Below are positions 60,492 through 64,000 of a stretch of 64,000 nt of DNA, in pieces. The notes under the pieces were generated by a model. The model was not told the origin of the DNA and did no database searches. It saw nothing but the letters and a program-made list of their open reading frames with translations. The stretch comes from an uncultured Oscillospiraceae bacterium (lineage in GTDB: Bacteria; Bacillota; Clostridia; Oscillospirales; Acutalibacteraceae). A program made the position numbers and the translations under genes. The stretch spans positions 2,118 through 66,117 of the forward strand of contig CAJUSM010000005.1 in NCBI GenBank assembly GCA_910588935.1, in the 5' to 3' direction. Positions within the stretch are counted from its first letter, which is position 1. Each line of letters begins with the position of its first letter.

Positions 60492-60561
60492 GTCTTCTCC
60501 GCCGGCCAGGGGCAATGGAGGTGAAAAGAAAATTCGTCACAGTTTTGTTCCAGAAGTTGCT

Positions 60562-61011
60562 GTGAAGCCGGCGAGGCTCAAAGACGCCCCCGCCCTGCTG
60601 GATATACAGCGCAAGGCCTTTGAGGCCTTGCTGAAAAAATACCAGGATAGTAACACCAACCCGGCCATGGAGTCCTTAGAAACCCTAACGCGAAAGATTC
60701 AGCAAAAGGATTACTGGTTTATTTTGGAGAGCGGCCGTGTTGTGGGCTTTGCGGGCATTCGCCACTGGGAAAGCACCTGCCGGGTAAGCCCCATTGGGCT
60801 GCTGCCAGAGTGCCAGGGGCAGGGAATTGGGCATAAGGCCATGGAGCTGCTGGAGGCCCAGTATCCAGAGGTAAAGCGGTGGGAGCTGGATACTATTCTC
60901 CAGGAGCCGGGGCTGTGCAGGTTTTACGAAAGCTTAGGCTACCGTCCCACAGGGGAGGTCCATTTGATAAAACAGGGAATGTGCACAGTAGACTATGAAA
61001 AAATACGATAG
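60562..61011 (+). CDS. GNAT family N-acetyltransferase (start uncertain)
   Basis: The first third of ORF 60421..61011 overlaps the T-box terminator. Plausible starts are GTG 60562 or ATT 60532 after GGAGGTG. Motif QGQGIGHKAMELL. Confidence 0.6.
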   Translation: MKPARLKDAPALLDIQRKAFEALLKKYQDSNTNPAMESLETLTRKIQQKDYWFILESGRVVGFAGIRHWESTCRVSPIGLLPECQGQGIGHKAMELLEAQYPEVKRWELDTILQEPGLCRFYESLGYRPTGEVHLIKQGMCTVDYEKIR

Positions 61012-61029
61012 AAGAGAGGATTGGAGAAA

Positions 61030-62250
61030 ATGCAAATTTACGAAGAGCTTCAGGCCAGAGGCCTGATCGCCCAGGTGACCAACGAGGAGGAGGTCCGGGA
61101 CCTAATCAACAATGGCAAGGCCACCTTTTACATTGGCTACGACTGTACCGCCGACAGCCTAACCGCCGGCCACTTTATGACCCTGGTGCTGATGAAGCGC
61201 CTGCAGATGGCCGGTAACCAGCCCATTGCCCTAATTGGCGGGGGCACCACTACTGTAGGGGATCCCTCTGGCCGCACAGATATGCGAAAAATGTTGACCA
61301 TGGAGGACATTGACCATAACGCCGCCTGCTTTAAAAAGCAGATGGAGCGCTTTATTGAGTTTGGCCCAGGTAAGGCCCAAATGCTGAATAACGCCCAATG
61401 GCTGCTGAAGCTAAACTATATTGAACTGCTCCGAGAGGTTGGGGCCTGTTTCTCTGTGAACAATATGCTCCGGGCAGACTGCTACAAGCAGCGCATGGAG
61501 AAGGGCCTCTCTTTCCTAGAGTTCAATTATATGATCATGCAGTCCTACGATTTCTACTACATGTTCCAGCACCACGGCTGCAACATGCAGTTTGGCGGCA
61601 ACGACCAGTGGAGCAACATGCTGGGGGGCACAGAGCTTATCCGCCGGAAACTGGGCAAGGATGCCCAGGTGCTCACCATTCCTCTGCTCACCGATTCCCA
61701 GGGGAATAAAATGGGCAAAACCGCTGGCAACGCCGTATGGCTGGACCCCAATAAAACCTCGCCTTTCGACTTTTACCAGTACTGGCGAAATGTGGAGGAC
61801 GCGGACGTGATGAAATGCCTGCGCATGCTTACCTTTTTGCCGTTGGAAGAGCTAGAGGAGATGGCCAAGTGGGAGGGCAGCCAGCTAAACCAGGCGAAGG
61901 AGATTTTGGCTTTCCAGCTTACCGCTATGGTTCACGGGGAAGAGGAGGCGGCAAAGGCCCAAGAAGGGGCCCGGGCCCTATTTGGCGCGGGAAAGAATAC
62001 CGCCAACATGCCTACCACTACCCTTTCTGCCAGCGACCTTACCAATGGGGCAATCACCATTTTAGACCTGCTGGTAAAGGCGGGTTTGGCCGCCTCCAAA
62101 GGTGAGGCCAGGCGGCTGGTGCAGCAGGGCGGCGTTTCTGCCAACGAAGAAAAGGTGGCGGATATAGGGGCCAGCTTTGATGAGGAACAGCTAAAGGCCG
62201 GAGTTGTAATCCGCAAGGGGAAAAAGGTGTTCCACAAGGTGATCCTGTAA
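61030..62250 (+). CDS. tyrS: tyrosine--tRNA ligase
   Basis: ATG 61030 (MQIYEELQARGLIAQ). HIGH-type TAGH, KMGKT (KMSKS), C-terminal S4 domain. Confidence 0.96.
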   Translation: MQIYEELQARGLIAQVTNEEEVRDLINNGKATFYIGYDCTADSLTAGHFMTLVLMKRLQMAGNQPIALIGGGTTTVGDPSGRTDMRKMLTMEDIDHNAACFKKQMERFIEFGPGKAQMLNNAQWLLKLNYIELLREVGACFSVNNMLRADCYKQRMEKGLSFLEFNYMIMQSYDFYYMFQHHGCNMQFGGNDQWSNMLGGTELIRRKLGKDAQVLTIPLLTDSQGNKMGKTAGNAVWLDPNKTSPFDFYQYWRNVEDADVMKCLRMLTFLPLEELEEMAKWEGSQLNQAKEILAFQLTAMVHGEEEAAKAQEGARALFGAGKNTANMPTTTLSASDLTNGAITILDLLVKAGLAASKGEARRLVQQGGVSANEEKVADIGASFDEEQLKAGVVIRKGKKVFHKVIL

Positions 62251-62430
62251 GAGATCATTGCTTCGGGGGGGTTGGGGGGAGTGGTTGAAGGAGAGGATCT
62301 ACGCCTTAGAAAGGGCTTGTGGGGATTGCATCCCGAGAGGGGCCTTACGGCCGGCCCTTTCGCATTGTTTTAATGCCTTCGGCAAGAGCAAGAGCTTGGG
62401 ACTCTGCCCCAAGCTCTGAAGCCTTAAAAG

Positions 62431-62456
62431 GGTGGCGAACTTTTTGTTTCGCCACC
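62431..62456. terminator. bidirectional terminator between tyrS and merR-family gene
   Basis: GGTGGCGAA CTTTTTGT TTCGCCACC with T-rich flanks on both strands. Confidence 0.7.
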
Positions 62457-62489
62457 CCGCATCTTTCTTTTGGTTTTTTCTTCTATATC

Positions 62490-62861
62490 TTAGCCCTGCT
62501 TATCCTGGCTGGCCAGTTGGCGGTATATTTCCATTTTATGTTCAATCCGGCTTAGGTTTTTCTGTAGCTCGCCAATCTCCTCCAGTATTCGCCGCCGATG
62601 TTGGGCAAAAAGCTCTAGGCGCTGTTCAACAGTGCCCTCCCCCTGGGCTACCAGCTGGAAATACCGGCGGATCTCCTTAATGGGCATTCCGGTACCCCGG
62701 AGACAAAGAGCCATTTCCAGCTGGGCAATGTCTTGGTCCGTGTAAAACCTGGCCCCGCCGGGAGTGCGGTGAGGGGATACAATGCCCTCTTTTTCGTAAA
62801 ACCGCAGGGTATGGGGCTCAATGTGATAACGCTTGGCAGCCTGTGAAATAGTATAAGACAT
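62490..62861 (-). CDS. MerR family transcriptional regulator
   Basis: MSYTISQAAKRYHIEPHTLRFYEKEGIV. Confidence 0.9.
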   Translation of the reverse strand: MSYTISQAAKRYHIEPHTLRFYEKEGIVSPHRTPGGARFYTDQDIAQLEMALCLRGTGMPIKEIRRYFQLVAQGEGTVEQRLELFAQHRRRILEEIGELQKNLSRIEHKMEIYRQLASQDKQG

Positions 62862-62918
62862 GGGTGGTTCCTCCTTGTTTTTTTGGTAGGGCGCGGGTCC
62901 TGGCAGAGGGTTTGGGGG

Positions 62919-64000
62919 CTATATCTTTTTAATCCACTTTTTGCTGCCCAGCCGGAACACGCACCAGATGGCCTTAATAAATTGGTCAATTTTTAAAAAT
63001 GTGTAAATCCAGAAGGCCGGCAAATGCCACCACAGCCCTGCCAGCGCTCCTAAGGGAATAGAGGCCACCCAAAGAAATAGGATGTCTGCCAGCATGAGAA
63101 ACTTGGTATCGCCCCCGCCCCGAAGTACCCCTTTGGTCAGAATGGAATTCATGGATTGGAAAATAACGATAACGCCCACTGCCATCATTAGCTGTACAGC
63201 AATGTTCTGGGTTTCGGCATTGATGCTGTAGCAGCCAATAATGGGGCCGCTAATCACCATGATGAGACCCCCCGCCAGAATGCCAATGAGCGCGCCCAGC
63301 CCCAGAAAGGTTACCCCCTGGCGCTGGGCTTTTTCTGTGTCTCCCTGGCCAAGGGTGTGGCCAGTAATAATGGCGCTGGCGTTAGAAATGCCCTGGATGA
63401 AAACTGTGCTGAGCTGCTGGGTTACAGTGGTAATGGCGTTGGCGGAGACAAAGCTGGAGCCAATGCGCCCCATTACCATAGCCACAGCGCTGTTTCCTAA
63501 GGCCAGCAGGGCATCGCTAACCAATACTGGGATGCTGACGCGCAGGTAATCCCCCACCAGATCTCCGCATTTGAGAAAGAGGTGGCCCAAACGGTAGCCA
63601 ATTTTTTGGTCGATCAGGAAGAAATAGCCGCAAATAACGGCAAACTCAAAAGCCCGGGAAATCAGGGTGCCCAAGGCCGCCCCCTCTACTCCCATTGCCG
63701 GGGCCCCAAATTTGCCAAAAATGAAGGTGTAGTTAAAAAATATGTTTACAAAAAATGCCCCAATAGAGCTGAGCAGGGGCAGGCGGACCTGGCCCACGCT
63801 GCGCAGCACAATGGTGCAGGTAAGAGAAAGGCCCAGCAGCAGGTAGCAGGGAATCGACCACCTAAAATACCCGGCTCCGGCCTGGATAATCGGCTCCTCT
63901 TGGGTGTAAATGGCCATTAGCCCCCGAGGGGTGAGAATAGTGGCAGCGGTAAACAGGGAGGCAATCACCAGGCAAAGCCGGAGCATAATGGTGATGGCTT
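62919..64000 (-). CDS. MATE family efflux transporter (N-terminus beyond window)
   Basis: Polytopic with a MATE-like second half. The frame is open to the window edge, and 355 aa is too short for a full MATE. Confidence 0.85.
   Translation of the reverse strand, partial: AITIMLRLCLVIASLFTAATILTPRGLMAIYTQEEPIIQAGAGYFRWSIPCYLLLGLSLTCTIVLRSVGQVRLPLLSSIGAFFVNIFFNYTFIFGKFGAPAMGVEGAALGTLISRAFEFAVICGYFFLIDQKIGYRLGHLFLKCGDLVGDYLRVSIPVLVSDALLALGNSAVAMVMGRIGSSFVSANAITTVTQQLSTVFIQGISNASAIITGHTLGQGDTEKAQRQGVTFLGLGALIGILAGGLIMVISGPIIGCYSINAETQNIAVQLMMAVGVIVIFQSMNSILTKGVLRGGGDTKFLMLADILFLWVASIPLGALAGLWWHLPAFWIYTFLKIDQFIKAIWCVFRLGSKKWIKKI

Overview
This is a GC-rich Firmicutes/Clostridia-type chromosomal window. 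Supporting signs are the gene order dxs-tlyA-nadK-argR-recN, a type A RNase P RNA and a T-box leader before tyrS. An Oscillospiraceae-like taxon is only a low-confidence guess. About 90% of the window is ordinary housekeeping: purB/purA, glmS, a complete-looking F1Fo ATP synthase operon, an arginine supra-operon (argG-argH-argJ-argB-argD-argF) with an ArgR operator, pncB, rnpB, fhs/folD, tsaE/tsaB, rpiB, upp, an M16 peptidase pair, lgt, dxs to recN, and tyrS. The accessory-looking parts are: (i) a type IV pilus/ComG-like cluster (platform protein, four degenerate pseudopilin-like ORFs, a PilT-family ATPase, then a class B sortase); (ii) XRE plus an ABC exporter behind an unusual leader; (iii) a small AT-richer islet (XRE plus two unknown exported proteins); (iv) several MITE-like repeats. 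I found no clear-cut novel multi-gene system such as a defence island, CRISPR array or toxin system. The observations most worth follow-up are these. The ATP synthase operon has no atpH, and a delta-C-terminal-domain-like segment is fused in frame to alpha. The c subunit carries a signal-peptide-like extension. The pilus-like cluster has no prepilin peptidase or canonical major pilin in the window. A 173-bp MITE with perfect 17-bp terminal inverted repeats and a 9-bp target duplication sits just upstream of purB. A second MITE-like family has at least 3-4 copies. RNase P RNA has a roughly 180-nt P12 expansion built from a tandem 60-nt duplication. All calls come from reading the translations and sequence by eye; no searches were run.
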